Shown here: positions 43,737 through 53,758 of the stretch, piece after piece
Numbering within the stretch: position 1 is the first letter of the stretch
Layout of the letters: every line of letters starts with the position of its first letter
Assembly (NCBI GenBank): GCA_965116845.1
Contig: OZ220728.1
Span: 2,630,044-2,694,043 of the forward strand
Direction of reading: 5' to 3'
Length of the DNA stretch: 64,000 nt
Source: Vicinamibacterales bacterium
GTDB taxonomy: Bacteria; Acidobacteriota; Vicinamibacteria; Vicinamibacterales; UBA8438
The notes under the pieces: model-generated
What the model saw: the letters and a program-made list of their open reading frames with translations, nothing else
Told to the model about the DNA's origin: nothing
The model's database searches: none
Position numbers and translations under genes: made by a program

Positions 43737-45884
43737 ATGACGACTCGATCTGCCGCCGCCCGCACTGCCGTCGCCGGCCGCAATCCGGCCGCCGGCCGTA
43801 CTCTGGCCGCCGGCTGCCTGGCCGCCGCGGTTGCCCTCGCCGCTGTGTTCCTCCCGGTTGCGCCGGCCTCGGCGCAGGACGGCGGAGTACCGCAGTTCGA
43901 GGTCGATCCGTCGTGGCCCCGCCTGCCCGACGGCTGGGTCCTGGGGCAGGTGGCGTCTGTCGCGGTCGACTCGCGCGACCACGTCTGGGTGCTGCACCGG
44001 CCGCTGACCGTCTCCGAGGAGGAGCGCGCCAACGCGGCGCCGCCGGTCATCGAGCTCGGCCCGAACGGAGCCGTCGTGCAGGCCTGGGGCGGTCCCACCG
44101 ACGACCGCGCGTGGCCGGGGAACGAGCACGGCATCCACGTCGACGAGGGTGGCCACGTCTGGGTCGGCGGCAACGGCGGGCAGGATCCGTCGGACGACAT
44201 GCTGCTGAAGCTCGCGGGTGACGGCACGGTGGTGCTGCAGATCGGCCGCCGCGGCGAGAGCACGGGCAACGACGACACCACGAACCTCCGCCGGCCGGCC
44301 GAGTCGTTCGTGTACGAGGCGTCGAGCGAGGTCTTCGTCGCCGACGGCTACGGCAACCGGCGCGTGATCGTGATGGACGCGGAGACCGGCGAGTACAAGC
44401 GGCTGTGGGGCGCCTTCGGCAACGCGCCGCTCGATCCGCCGCCGGCGGACCAGGCGCCCGCGGCCGAGGGCGACGGCGAGGACGGACCGCCGCAGTTCGG
44501 CACCGTGCACGGCATCGAGGTGTCGGACGACGGGCTCGTCTACGTCGCCGACCGGAACAACAGCCGCATCCAGATCTTCGCGGCGGACGGGACCTACATG
44601 CGGCAGGCGTTCGTCAACCGGGGCGCGGAGAGCGCGCTGACCGTGGCCGGCATCGCCTTCTCGCCCGACGACGGGCAGCACTTCGCATACGTCGCCGACC
44701 AGGGGAACTCGCACATCCACGTACTCGACCGCGAGACGCTCGAGACCCTTGACTCGTTCGGACGCAACGGCGCAGCGCCGGGCGAGTTCCAGGCCCTGCA
44801 CCACATCGCCAGCGACAGCCAGGGCAACCTCTACACCGCGGAGGCGCAGCGCGGCCGCCGGGTCCAGAAGTTCACGTTCACCGGTTTCGCGCCGGCGGAC
44901 GAGGCGCGCGGTGGCGCGGCGGGCGACGGCGCGGCGGACGAGGCGCGCGGCGCGGCGGACGATGGCGCGGCGGTCGGCGCCGCGGCGCCGCGCACCGCCT
45001 GGGGGGAGCCCGACTTGCAGGGCCTCTGGACGTCGGCCACTCTCACTCCGCTCGAGCGTCCCGAGCGGCAGGCCGAGCGGTCGACGCTCAGCGACGAGGA
45101 AGCGGCGGTGATCGAAGCGGATTCGGCCGCGCGCCGGGCGGCGTCCGACGGGAAGTCGGCCCCGGGCAGCGTCGGCGGCTACAACCAGGTGTGGATGGAT
45201 GCCGGGACGCGCATCGTGGGCGACCGCCGGACCTCCCTGATCGTCGATCCGCCGGACGGGCGCATCCCGTGGAGGCCGCACGCGAGGGTCGCCAGCGATC
45301 GCGAGCGGGCGCGCTACGGCGTGGGCCCGTTCGAATCGTACGTCGATCTCGACACCGGCGAGCGCTGCATCACGGACGGACTCCCGAACATGGTGCCGCT
45401 GCAGCCCTACAACATGAACCTGCGGATCTTCCAGGCGCCGGGCGAGGTCGTGATGCTGCACGAGATGTACCACGAGCTGCGGGTCATCCCGCTCGACGGA
45501 CGTCCCCGCACCGGCATCGAGCAGTGGACGGGCGAAGCGCGCGGCCATTGGGAGGGCGACACGCTGGTCGTGGAGACGACCAACTTCGCCGACCGCCCCG
45601 AGGCCTACTGGAGCGCGCCGTGGCGAGCCTCGCGCCCGAGCCTGCGCCTCGTCGAGCGCTTCACGCGCGTCGGCCCCGAGACCATCGACTACACCTTCAC
45701 CGTCGAGGACCCGCTCGCGTTCACGCAGCCGTGGACGGCCGCCGCGCCGATGACGACCGACCACGCGTCGCGCGGCGTGACGGCGGGACAGCTCTGGGAG
45801 TACGCCTGCCACGAGGGCAACTACGGCATGATCAACATCCTGAGCGGCGCACGCGCGGAGGAGGCCGCCGCAGCCGGCCGCTGA
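43737..45884 (+). CDS. Secreted PAL-like (peptidyl-alpha-hydroxyglycine lyase-like) NHL propeller fused to a C-terminal domain of unknown function
   Basis: ATG after GGGGAGG. GQVASVAVDSRDHVWVLHR, EHGIHVDEGGHVWV, VFVADGYGNRRVIV, VHGIEVSDDGLVYVADRNNSRIQIF and HHIASDSQGNLYTAEAQRGRRVQKFT align by eye with PAL blades. The C-terminal ~330 aa contain [15 protein letters not shown]...GHWEGDTLVVETTNF. Confidence 0.8.
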   Translation: MTTRSAAARTAVAGRNPAAGRTLAAGCLAAAVALAAVFLPVAPASAQDGGVPQFEVDPSWPRLPDGWVLGQVASVAVDSRDHVWVLHRPLTVSEEERANAAPPVIELGPNGAVVQAWGGPTDDRAWPGNEHGIHVDEGGHVWVGGNGGQDPSDDMLLKLAGDGTVVLQIGRRGESTGNDDTTNLRRPAESFVYEASSEVFVADGYGNRRVIVMDAETGEYKRLWGAFGNAPLDPPPADQAPAAEGDGEDGPPQFGTVHGIEVSDDGLVYVADRNNSRIQIFAADGTYMRQAFVNRGAESALTVAGIAFSPDDGQHFAYVADQGNSHIHVLDRETLETLDSFGRNGAAPGEFQALHHIASDSQGNLYTAEAQRGRRVQKFTFTGFAPADEARGGAAGDGAADEARGAADDGAAVGAAAPRTAWGEPDLQGLWTSATLTPLERPERQAERSTLSDEEAAVIEADSAARRAASDGKSAPGSVGGYNQVWMDAGTRIVGDRRTSLIVDPPDGRIPWRPHARVASDRERARYGVGPFESYVDLDTGERCITDGLPNMVPLQPYNMNLRIFQAPGEVVMLHEMYHELRVIPLDGRPRTGIEQWTGEARGHWEGDTLVVETTNFADRPEAYWSAPWRASRPSLRLVERFTRVGPETIDYTFTVEDPLAFTQPWTAAAPMTTDHASRGVTAGQLWEYACHEGNYGMINILSGARAEEAAAAGR

Positions 45885-46015
45885 GAGGCGCGCGCGGACA
45901 AAGCAGGCGGAGAGCGGGCCGGGAGGCGGCGCCGCTCACGCCCCCACCGCCGGCCCGGCGGAGTCGGCCCTTCGCGAGCACTGCCGTCCAGGCGTGAGAG
46001 TCCCTGTCCGCGCGG

Positions 46016-47011
46016 TCAACCGGCCAGCCGCGCGACCGCTGCCGTCCAGCGGCGGTCGAACTCCACCCAGCGGCGCTCGTCCAAGCGGTCCGTGTGACTC
46101 ACCGGCAGCTCCAGGACCTCCGGCGTGGGCGCCATGTGGTTCGCGATGGCGTAGACCGTCGCCGGTGGCACCACCTCGTCGTAGACGCCCACGCCGACCA
46201 GACCGGGGCACTGGATGCGGCCGGCGAAGTGCAGCGTGTCGAAGTAGGCGAGGCTGCGCAGGAACGGCGCTCGGTCTGCGGGGTGCAGCGCCAGGTGGTC
46301 GTTGATCTCCCGGGTCGAGCCGGCCCTGGCCAGGCGGAGCCGGCCCTCGGTCCAGCCGAGCGTCGGCACGGCTGCGGCTACGTAGGCGGCGCGCTGCGAT
46401 ACCGCCTGGGCCATCAGCGCGAGCGCGCCGCCGAAGCTGCGGCCGTGGAACGCGATGCCTCCGCGCCCCGCCTCGAGCTGCGCCGCGACCTCCGCTGCCC
46501 GCACGAAGTCGCAGACCGCGCCCCGGAGGATGGACGTCTCCGGGTCGGCGAGGCCGGTCAGCACCCACCCGCCGGCGTCCGTCGGGCAGCCCGAGCGCGA
46601 GAGTCCGAAGCCCCGCACGTCGAAGCAGAACAGGTCGGCGCCGCTGGCGGCGGTGTGCCGGGCTTCCAGGACCGGATTCGACTGGCTGTTGTAGCCGTGC
46701 GTGCTGACGACGAGGGGCCGCCCGGAGGCCGGGGGCGCGTCCGTCCGCCGGTCGCCGGGTGCGATCAGGAATCCCTGGACGGCGCGGCCGCCGAGCGAGC
46801 GGAAGCGCACCGGAGTGATCCGCGCCCCCTCCGGCGAGGTCACCGCGACGCCGAGGCGCGGATCGGGAGGCGTGCGCGCGAGAGCCTCGAGCGTGTCCGA
46901 CCAGAAGGGAAAGAAGTCGCGCGGCCGGGTCAGGGGTGGGCGCGTGGCGCGAACCGGGCGAAGAGTCTGCGTCGTGGAACCGCGCGGACTCCTGTAGGGT
47001 TGGTTGGGCAC
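46016..47011 (-). CDS. Acetyl-xylan-esterase/cephalosporin-C-deacetylase-like alpha/beta hydrolase
   Basis: DFFPFWSDTLEAL N-terminal AXE1 signature. Nucleophile elbow HGRSFGG. GTG start. Confidence 0.75.
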   Translation of the reverse strand: MPNQPYRSPRGSTTQTLRPVRATRPPLTRPRDFFPFWSDTLEALARTPPDPRLGVAVTSPEGARITPVRFRSLGGRAVQGFLIAPGDRRTDAPPASGRPLVVSTHGYNSQSNPVLEARHTAASGADLFCFDVRGFGLSRSGCPTDAGGWVLTGLADPETSILRGAVCDFVRAAEVAAQLEAGRGGIAFHGRSFGGALALMAQAVSQRAAYVAAAVPTLGWTEGRLRLARAGSTREINDHLALHPADRAPFLRSLAYFDTLHFAGRIQCPGLVGVGVYDEVVPPATVYAIANHMAPTPEVLELPVSHTDRLDERRWVEFDRRWTAAVARLAG

Positions 47012-47060
47012 CAGGCGGAGCCGTCAGGCGACGAATGGCGGGCGGGAGTCAAGGACGTCC

Positions 47061-49055
47061 ATGGACGACATTCGGGAAGAGTTTATCGCCCACCTGGCGG
47101 CGCATGCCGCGGGGACGGAGACGGACCGGCGCCCGGCGTGGGAGCGTCTGGCGGCTCTGGCGGAGGAGCAGCACTTCGAGGCCGAGCAGTTGATGACCCG
47201 CCAGTTCGCGCCCGCACGCCACCTGTTCCTCGTGGCGGACGGAGCGCTCCGGTTCCGCATCCGGCTCGAGGAGGGGAACGAGGACCTCGACGTCGGGCAT
47301 CGCGAGAGCCCCTGGTCGGCCGTCGGCTGGTCCGGCTTCGGCGTGCCCCGCCGCTACGCCACCACCGTCGTCTGCGCCAGCCCCTGCCGCGCGCTCCGGT
47401 TCGACCACGCCGCGCTGGCCGCTCTCTTCACGGACGAGCCCGAGCTGGGCGTCACCATGCTGCGCCCTATCGTGGAACAGTGCTTCGCGCGGCTCGCGTG
47501 GATGCGGTCGCGCCTGACCACCTGGTCGCGGGTGCCGGTCAACTTCGCGCACGCGCTCCGCGACGAGGGGGAGGAGGAGACCTACAACCGCGCCCCGCCG
47601 CCCGTGATGGACCTCCTGCGCCGTTCCGCCTTCTTCGAGGTGTTCGAGGAGCCGCGGCTGCGAGCCCTCGCCGGGACCGTCGAGAGCCGCTACTTCTGTC
47701 GCGGCGAGCCGATCGTCGAGCAGGGGGACGCCTCACCGGGGCTCTGGGTGCTCGCGACGGGCCGGGTCGCGCTCAACTACCGGCCCCCGTCGGCGCGCAA
47801 GGCGTTCGCGTTGCGCGTCATCTCCGACCCCGGCGCCATCGTGGCCCTAGCAGGGCTGCCGGGCGTCGAGCGGCAGCCGGCCTCCGTGGTGGCGGTGCGC
47901 GACTGCACGGTCTACCGGATCGACCCTCCGCCCGCGGGGGCCGCCGCCGACCCGGCCCTGGCCCTGGCCGTGGTCCGCCGGCTGCTGTGGCTCGGCTCGG
48001 CGCACCTGCGCGCCGCGCGGGCGCTGTTCATCTCGCGCCGCTTCGAGAAGGAGAAGCTGGCCATCTCCAACCTGCTGGAGCAGAGCTGCACGCAGCTCAG
48101 CGTCCACTCGCCGCTGCACGTCCTGCCGCATCTGCTGCAGCACCCATTGACGGTGGGCGACGCGTTCGCGGTCCTCGAGCAGATGAAGGCCAGCGCCGAC
48201 GCGCTCGAGCGCGGCCTGGCGGAGACGTGCGAGGACCTGCTGGGCGAGGTGAAACGGGAGCACGACTTCTTCGAGGCGCTGCGGCGCGTCTACCACGCGG
48301 TGGTGACGGCGCCACCGCAGATGCCGGCCGCCGACGTCCGCAAGCTGTGCGCGCGCGGTTTCCAGGATGCGTTCCGCCGCATCCGTCACGTGGTGGAGGG
48401 CGAGCGCAACCTGCCCGCCACGCCCGGTCACATCTTCATCTTCAACCACCTCAAGAACCACGAGCACAACACGCTGCCGAACAACTTCCAGCTCACGCTC
48501 GACTCGCACTTCGTGAGCGCGATGGTCCTCGACCGCCGCTACGGCGACAGCGGCATCCGTGTGGTGCGCAAGAGCCGGGGTACGGAGTACGGCCACCAGG
48601 AGTACTACGACCGGCTGGGCCACCTCAGCGTCTACACGCAGGAATCGGATCGGATCGAGGAAACGGCCGAGGAGCGCCAGACGCGCCGCAACGAGTTCTT
48701 CGAGACGGCCGGCCGGTACCTGAGGTCCGGGACGAACCTGATCCTGAGCCCGGAGGGAACGAGCTACTGGACGGAGGACTCGCCCGGTCCGTTCAGGCCG
48801 GGGGCTTTCCGACTGGCGGCGAGCGTCCAGCCGGAGCCGTGGATCGTGCCGCTCGCCGTCGCCAACTTCGACCGCCGCATCCACTCGACGGTCTGCGCCG
48901 TCGTGATCAAGCGTCCCTTCAAGGTTTCCGAGGTGCTCGGGGACGTCGGGGACCGCGACCGCCTCGCCCGCTTCCTCGTCAACGTGCGGACGGCCTACCG
49001 TTCGTACGTCGAAGAGGCGCGGCGCCTGTCCCGCGCCGCCGCCGCTTCCGGCTGA
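47061..49055 (+). CDS. Two cyclic-nucleotide-binding-like domains fused to a PlsC/LPLAT-type acyltransferase domain
   Basis: Two CRP-like beta-barrel segments (second: FFEVFEEPRLRALAGTVESRYFCRGEPIVEQGD). C-terminal FIFNHLKNHEHN (HX4E rather than HX4D) and LILSPEGTSYW (PEGT motif). Confidence 0.7.
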   Translation: MDDIREEFIAHLAAHAAGTETDRRPAWERLAALAEEQHFEAEQLMTRQFAPARHLFLVADGALRFRIRLEEGNEDLDVGHRESPWSAVGWSGFGVPRRYATTVVCASPCRALRFDHAALAALFTDEPELGVTMLRPIVEQCFARLAWMRSRLTTWSRVPVNFAHALRDEGEEETYNRAPPPVMDLLRRSAFFEVFEEPRLRALAGTVESRYFCRGEPIVEQGDASPGLWVLATGRVALNYRPPSARKAFALRVISDPGAIVALAGLPGVERQPASVVAVRDCTVYRIDPPPAGAAADPALALAVVRRLLWLGSAHLRAARALFISRRFEKEKLAISNLLEQSCTQLSVHSPLHVLPHLLQHPLTVGDAFAVLEQMKASADALERGLAETCEDLLGEVKREHDFFEALRRVYHAVVTAPPQMPAADVRKLCARGFQDAFRRIRHVVEGERNLPATPGHIFIFNHLKNHEHNTLPNNFQLTLDSHFVSAMVLDRRYGDSGIRVVRKSRGTEYGHQEYYDRLGHLSVYTQESDRIEETAEERQTRRNEFFETAGRYLRSGTNLILSPEGTSYWTEDSPGPFRPGAFRLAASVQPEPWIVPLAVANFDRRIHSTVCAVVIKRPFKVSEVLGDVGDRDRLARFLVNVRTAYRSYVEEARRLSRAAAASG

Positions 49056-49069
49056 CGGCGGGCGGGCCA

Positions 49070-49091
49070 GGGCGGGGTGCAGCCCCGTCCC
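49070..49091. terminator. GC hairpin between convergent genes
   Basis: GGGCGGGG-tgcag-CCCCG(t)CCC. 8 bp with a 1-nt bulge. Lies between the stops at 49055 and 49095. No U tract on either strand. Confidence 0.35.
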
Positions 49092-49094
49092 GGA

Positions 49095-51251
49095 TCAGTT
49101 CAGGCCGCGGCGGACCAGGAGCGGCCGCACGTCCGGGTCCGCGCCGCGGAACGCGCGGTAGAGGTCGAGCGCCTCGACGCTTCCGCCGCGGGACAGGAGC
49201 GTCCGCCGGAAGTGGTCGCCGTTCTCCCGCAGCAGGCCCCCGTTCTCCCGGAACCACTCGACGGAGTCGGCGTCGAGCACCTCGCTCCAGATGTAGGAGT
49301 AGTAGCCGGCGGAGTAGCCGCTGCTCCAGATGTGCGAGAAGTAGGTGCTGCGGTAGCGCGGCGGCACGGCGTCGAGGGCGACGCCGCCGGCCTCGAGGGC
49401 CGCGGCCTCGAACGCCTCGACCCCCGCCGCGCCCGGTACCTCGTCGACCGTGATCTGGTGCCATGCCTGGTCGAGTATCGAGGCCGCGAGGTACTCGGTG
49501 GTCGCGAACCCCTGGTTGAAGGTCTGCGTGGCCAGCACGCGGTCGAGCAGGTCGCGCGGCATCGGCTCGCCGGTCTCGTAGTGGACGGCGTAGTTCTCGA
49601 GGACCTCCGGCCAGACCGCCCACATCTCGTTCACCTGCGACGGGTACTCCACGAAGTCGCGCGGCACCGACGTGCCCGCGAAGTAGGGGTAGCGGACGTC
49701 GGAGAAGAAGGCGTGGAGGGCGTGGCCGAACTCGTGGAACATCGTCTCCACCTCGTCGAAGGTCAGCAGCGTCGGCTCGCCCTCCGGCGGCTTCGGCACG
49801 TTGAGGTGGTTGGCGACGACCGGCGCCCTCTCGAACAGGTGCGACTGCGAGACGTAGGCGTTCATCCAGGCGCCGCCCCGCTTCGACGGCCGCGCGTAGA
49901 AGTCGCCGAGGAAAAGGCCGAGCGGGGAGCCGTCGGCGTCGAAGACCTCCCAGACGCGGACGTCGGGATGGTAGGTCGGCAGCGCCGGCCGCTCCTCGAA
50001 TGTCAGCCCGAAGAGGCGGTTCGCGGCGAAGAAGACGCCCTTCTCGAGGACCGTGTCGATCTCGAAGTACGGCCGGAGCTCGGAGGCATCGAAGGCGTAG
50101 CGATCGGCCCGCACCTTCTCGGTGTAGTAGGCCCAGTCCCAGGCCGCGATCTCGTGGTCGGCGCCGGACGCGGCCGCCATCGCCTGCAGGTCGGCCGCCT
50201 CGCGCTCCGCGTTGGCGACCGCGGGCGGAGCGAGGCTGGCCAGCCGGTCGTTCACCGCGTCGACGGTCTGCGCGGTCTGGGCCTCCAGGATGTAGGCGGC
50301 GTGGTTCGGGTAGCCGAGCATGGCGGCCCGCTCCGCCCGCAGCCGCGCCATCGTGGTGATCACCTCGCGGTTGTCGTACTCGCCGCCCTGGCTGCCCCGC
50401 GCGAGCGAGGCGCGCGTGATCCGCTCGCGAAGGTCCCGGTCGTCGAGCGACGACAGCGCCGGCTGGCCGCTCGTGTTCAGAAGGGGGATGACGTAATGCC
50501 CGTCGAGGTCGCGTGCCGCCGCCGCCTCGGCCGCCGCCGCCACCTGGTCGTCGGGCAGCCCGGCGAGCGCATCGCGCGACTCCACGGCCACGGCCGAGGC
50601 ATTCACCTCGTCGAGGACGTTGCTCATGAAACGGGTCTGGAGCGAGGCGAGGTCCGCGTTGACCTCCCGCATCCGCTCCTTCGCGGCTTCGTCCAGGCGC
50701 GCGCCGGCCCGCACGAAGTCCTGGTGGTACTTCTCGATGAGGCGGATGGACTCGGCGTCGAGCCCGAGGGCCAAACGCTGCGCGTGGAGCGTCTCGACCC
50801 GCGCGAACAGCGCATCGTGCAGGAGGATGCGGTCGGTGTGAGCGGCGAGCTGCGGCGCCACCTCGCTACGGATCTCGTCGAGCGCGTCGCTGGTGTGGGC
50901 GCTCGACAACGCGAAGAACGTCGTCGCCACCCGGTCGAGCAGCTGCCCCGAGCGCTCCAGGGCGACGATCGTGTTCTCGAACGTCGGCTCCTCCGACAGC
51001 ACGGCGATCGCCTCGACCTCGGCGATCTGCTCGGCCATTCCCTGCTCGAACGCCGGCCGGTAGTGCGACTCGTCGATGCGGTCGAACGGCGGGAGCCGGT
51101 AGGGGAGCGGACTCTCGGTCAGGAACGGGTTGTCGGCCATTGCCTCCTGCTCCGCGGCGTCGAGAGCGACGCCGGGGACGGACGGGACGTAGCCGTTCCC
51201 CAGCAACAGTGCCGAACCGACGACCGCCACACGTGCCAACTTCGACTTCAT
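49095..51251 (-). CDS. dcp: M3-family peptidyl-dipeptidase
   Basis: ATG 51251 after GGGAGGG. Signal/lipoprotein-like start. NPFLTESPLPYRLPPFDRI...HYRPAFEQG and FHEFGHALH. Collinear with E. coli Dcp as I recall it. Confidence 0.9.
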   Translation of the reverse strand: MKSKLARVAVVGSALLLGNGYVPSVPGVALDAAEQEAMADNPFLTESPLPYRLPPFDRIDESHYRPAFEQGMAEQIAEVEAIAVLSEEPTFENTIVALERSGQLLDRVATTFFALSSAHTSDALDEIRSEVAPQLAAHTDRILLHDALFARVETLHAQRLALGLDAESIRLIEKYHQDFVRAGARLDEAAKERMREVNADLASLQTRFMSNVLDEVNASAVAVESRDALAGLPDDQVAAAAEAAAARDLDGHYVIPLLNTSGQPALSSLDDRDLRERITRASLARGSQGGEYDNREVITTMARLRAERAAMLGYPNHAAYILEAQTAQTVDAVNDRLASLAPPAVANAEREAADLQAMAAASGADHEIAAWDWAYYTEKVRADRYAFDASELRPYFEIDTVLEKGVFFAANRLFGLTFEERPALPTYHPDVRVWEVFDADGSPLGLFLGDFYARPSKRGGAWMNAYVSQSHLFERAPVVANHLNVPKPPEGEPTLLTFDEVETMFHEFGHALHAFFSDVRYPYFAGTSVPRDFVEYPSQVNEMWAVWPEVLENYAVHYETGEPMPRDLLDRVLATQTFNQGFATTEYLAASILDQAWHQITVDEVPGAAGVEAFEAAALEAGGVALDAVPPRYRSTYFSHIWSSGYSAGYYSYIWSEVLDADSVEWFRENGGLLRENGDHFRRTLLSRGGSVEALDLYRAFRGADPDVRPLLVRRGLN

Positions 51252-51397
51252 GCTCAGGCCCTCCCGGGATGCAATCGCCAAGAGCCTATCGCGATTCCAC
51301 GTTGCGGGATCGCGTTGCAGGATAATGACGCGAGGGGAGGGCCGCGGCGCAGCGTGAGGACGTCGGACCGGATGACCGCGCTCGGCCGCGCCGCGAC

Positions 51398-53647
51398 ATG
51401 ACACGCCCGTCGCGCGCCGGCTCCTCCCCGACCCGCCGCGCTTCCGCGGGCCGGCCGCCGCAGGATGCCCCACCCGAACGGCAGGCGGTGGCGGGCGTCG
51501 TCGAGCGCGTCACCTTCCACAACCCCGACAACGGCTTCTCGGTCCTGCGGGTGAAGGCGCGCGGGCAGCGGGAACTGGTGACCGTGGTCGGCCACGCGGC
51601 GGCCGTCACCCCCGGCGAGTGGGTCACCGCGACCGGGGAGTGGGTGCGCGACCGGACGCACGGACCGCAGTTCCGGGCCCGGTTCCTCAAGGCGTCCGAG
51701 CCGACCTCGCACGACGGCATCCGCAGGTACCTCGGGTCCGGACTCATCCGCGGCATCGGCCCGGTCTACGCGAAGAAGCTGGTGGCCGCCTTCGGGGACG
51801 CCATCTTCGACGTCATCGACGCATCCCCGGAGCGGTTGCGGGAGGTGGACGGCATCGGCTCGGTCCGAGCGGAGCGCATCCGGGGGGCATGGGCCGAGCA
51901 GAGGATGGTCCGCGAGATCATGATCTTCCTGCACGGCCACGGGGTGGGGACGGCCCGCGCCGTGCGCATCTTCAAGACCTACGGGGCCGACGCCATCGAG
52001 GTCATGTCGAAAGATCCGTACCAGCTCTCGCGCGACATCCGTGGCATCGGCTTCAAGACGGCCGACGCGCTGGCGATGCGGCTGGGCATCGAGAAGACGG
52101 CGCCCATTCGGCTGCGCGCCGGAGTCTCGCACGCCCTGGCGGAGGCGATGGACGACGGGCACTGCGGCCTGCCGAGGGCGGAGCTGGTGGCGGCCGCGTC
52201 CGCGCTCCTCGAGGCGCCGGATGGCCTGGTGGAAGCGGCGATGGAGGCGGAGCGGGCGGCCGGGGTCCTCGTCGCGGACCGGGTCGGCGAGACGCCGTGC
52301 GTCTTCCTCGCCGGCCTGCACCAGGCGGAGCGGGCGATCGCGGCGCGCGTACGGGCCATCGCGGCGGCTCGGCTCCCGTGGCCGGCGATCGACGCGGAAC
52401 GGGCGATCCCCTGGATCGAGCGGCGGATCGACCTCGCGCTGGCCCCGAGCCAGGTCGAGGCGGTCCGGCTCGCGCTCTCGTCGAAGGTGCTGGTCGTTAC
52501 GGGCGGCCCCGGCGTCGGGAAGACCACCCTCGTCAACGCCGTCCTCGGCATCCTCGGCGCCAAGGGGATCACCATCGCGCTCTGCGCGCCGACGGGCCGG
52601 GCGGCGCGCCGCCTGCGAGAGACCACGGGCCTGGACGCCCGGACCATCCATCGGCTGCTGGAGGTCGATCCGGCGCACGGCGGCTTTCGGCGCGGCCCGG
52701 ACCACCCGCTCGAGTGCGACCTGCTGGTGGTCGACGAGATGTCGATGGTCGATGTCCCGCTGATGCACGCGCTCGTGGGTGCGGTGCCGGACCACGCGGC
52801 GGTGCTTCTCGTCGGCGACATCGACCAGCTCCCTTCGGTGGGACCCGGGCAGGTGCTGGCCGACCTCATCGAGTCGGGGGCGGTTCCGGTGGTGCGGCTC
52901 ACCGAGGTGTTCCGGCAGGCGGCCCGGAGCCGCATCATCGTCAACGCGCACCGCGTCAACGAGGGCGAGGTGCCGGATCTCCACCGTCCGGACGATCCGG
53001 ACAGCGATTTCTACTTCGTGCCCGTGAGCGACCCGGCCGCTGCGGCGGAGCGGATTCAGGAGCTGGTCGAGATCCGTATCCCGCGGCGCTTCGGCCTCGA
53101 CCCGATCCGCGACGTGCAGGTGCTCTGCCCGATGAACCGCGGCGCGGCCGGTGCCCGCGCGTTGAACCTGGCCCTGCAGGAGGCGCTGAACCCGGCCGGC
53201 GAGCGTCGCGTCGAGCGCTTCGGTTGGACGTTCGCGCCCGGCGACAAGGTGATGCAGATCGAGAACGACTACGACAAGGAGGTCTACAACGGCGACATCG
53301 GCCGCGTCGACGATGTCGATCCCGAGCTGGGCGAGCTGCGCGCGCGCTTCGACGAGCGCGCCGTCACCTACGGGTTCGGCGAGCTCGACGCTCTCGTCCC
53401 CGCCTACGCGACGACCATCCACAAGAGCCAGGGCTCGGAGTACCCCGCCGTCGTCCTCCCGCTCCTCACCGAGCACTACATCATGCTGCAGCGCAACCTG
53501 CTCTACACCGGCCTGACCCGCGGGCGCCGGCTTGTGGTGCTGGTGGGGCAGCCGAAAGCGGTGGCCATCGCGGTCCGGACAGTGTCCGGGCGCCGCCGCT
53601 GGTCGAAGCTGCGCGAGTGGCTCGCGCCCGGCCGGCGGACTGCCTGA
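51398..53647 (+). CDS. recD2: RecD2-type SF1B ATP-dependent DNA helicase
   Basis: VERVTFHNPDNGFSVLRV N-terminal OB-like start, HhH region, Walker A VVTGGPGVGKTT, LLVVDEMSMVD, ATTIHKSQGSEYP. Confidence 0.9.
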   Translation: MTRPSRAGSSPTRRASAGRPPQDAPPERQAVAGVVERVTFHNPDNGFSVLRVKARGQRELVTVVGHAAAVTPGEWVTATGEWVRDRTHGPQFRARFLKASEPTSHDGIRRYLGSGLIRGIGPVYAKKLVAAFGDAIFDVIDASPERLREVDGIGSVRAERIRGAWAEQRMVREIMIFLHGHGVGTARAVRIFKTYGADAIEVMSKDPYQLSRDIRGIGFKTADALAMRLGIEKTAPIRLRAGVSHALAEAMDDGHCGLPRAELVAAASALLEAPDGLVEAAMEAERAAGVLVADRVGETPCVFLAGLHQAERAIAARVRAIAAARLPWPAIDAERAIPWIERRIDLALAPSQVEAVRLALSSKVLVVTGGPGVGKTTLVNAVLGILGAKGITIALCAPTGRAARRLRETTGLDARTIHRLLEVDPAHGGFRRGPDHPLECDLLVVDEMSMVDVPLMHALVGAVPDHAAVLLVGDIDQLPSVGPGQVLADLIESGAVPVVRLTEVFRQAARSRIIVNAHRVNEGEVPDLHRPDDPDSDFYFVPVSDPAAAAERIQELVEIRIPRRFGLDPIRDVQVLCPMNRGAAGARALNLALQEALNPAGERRVERFGWTFAPGDKVMQIENDYDKEVYNGDIGRVDDVDPELGELRARFDERAVTYGFGELDALVPAYATTIHKSQGSEYPAVVLPLLTEHYIMLQRNLLYTGLTRGRRLVVLVGQPKAVAIAVRTVSGRRRWSKLREWLAPGRRTA

Positions 53648-53758
53648 GCCCCGCCGTCGACACAGCCTTCTCGCATTCGCGGCTCGTCCTGTACGGACCA
53701 CGGCAGCGCCGGCAACGAATCCGGGCAGGAATCCGTCCAATCCTTATAGGAGGATGGA

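Noticed and set aside
51398-53647. The RecD2-like helicase as part of an anti-phage defence system.
   Set aside because: It is a stand-alone SF1B helicase with the standard RecD2 layout, flanked by dcp and a hypothetical gene. There is no adjacent nuclease, methylase, ATPase or other defence partner.
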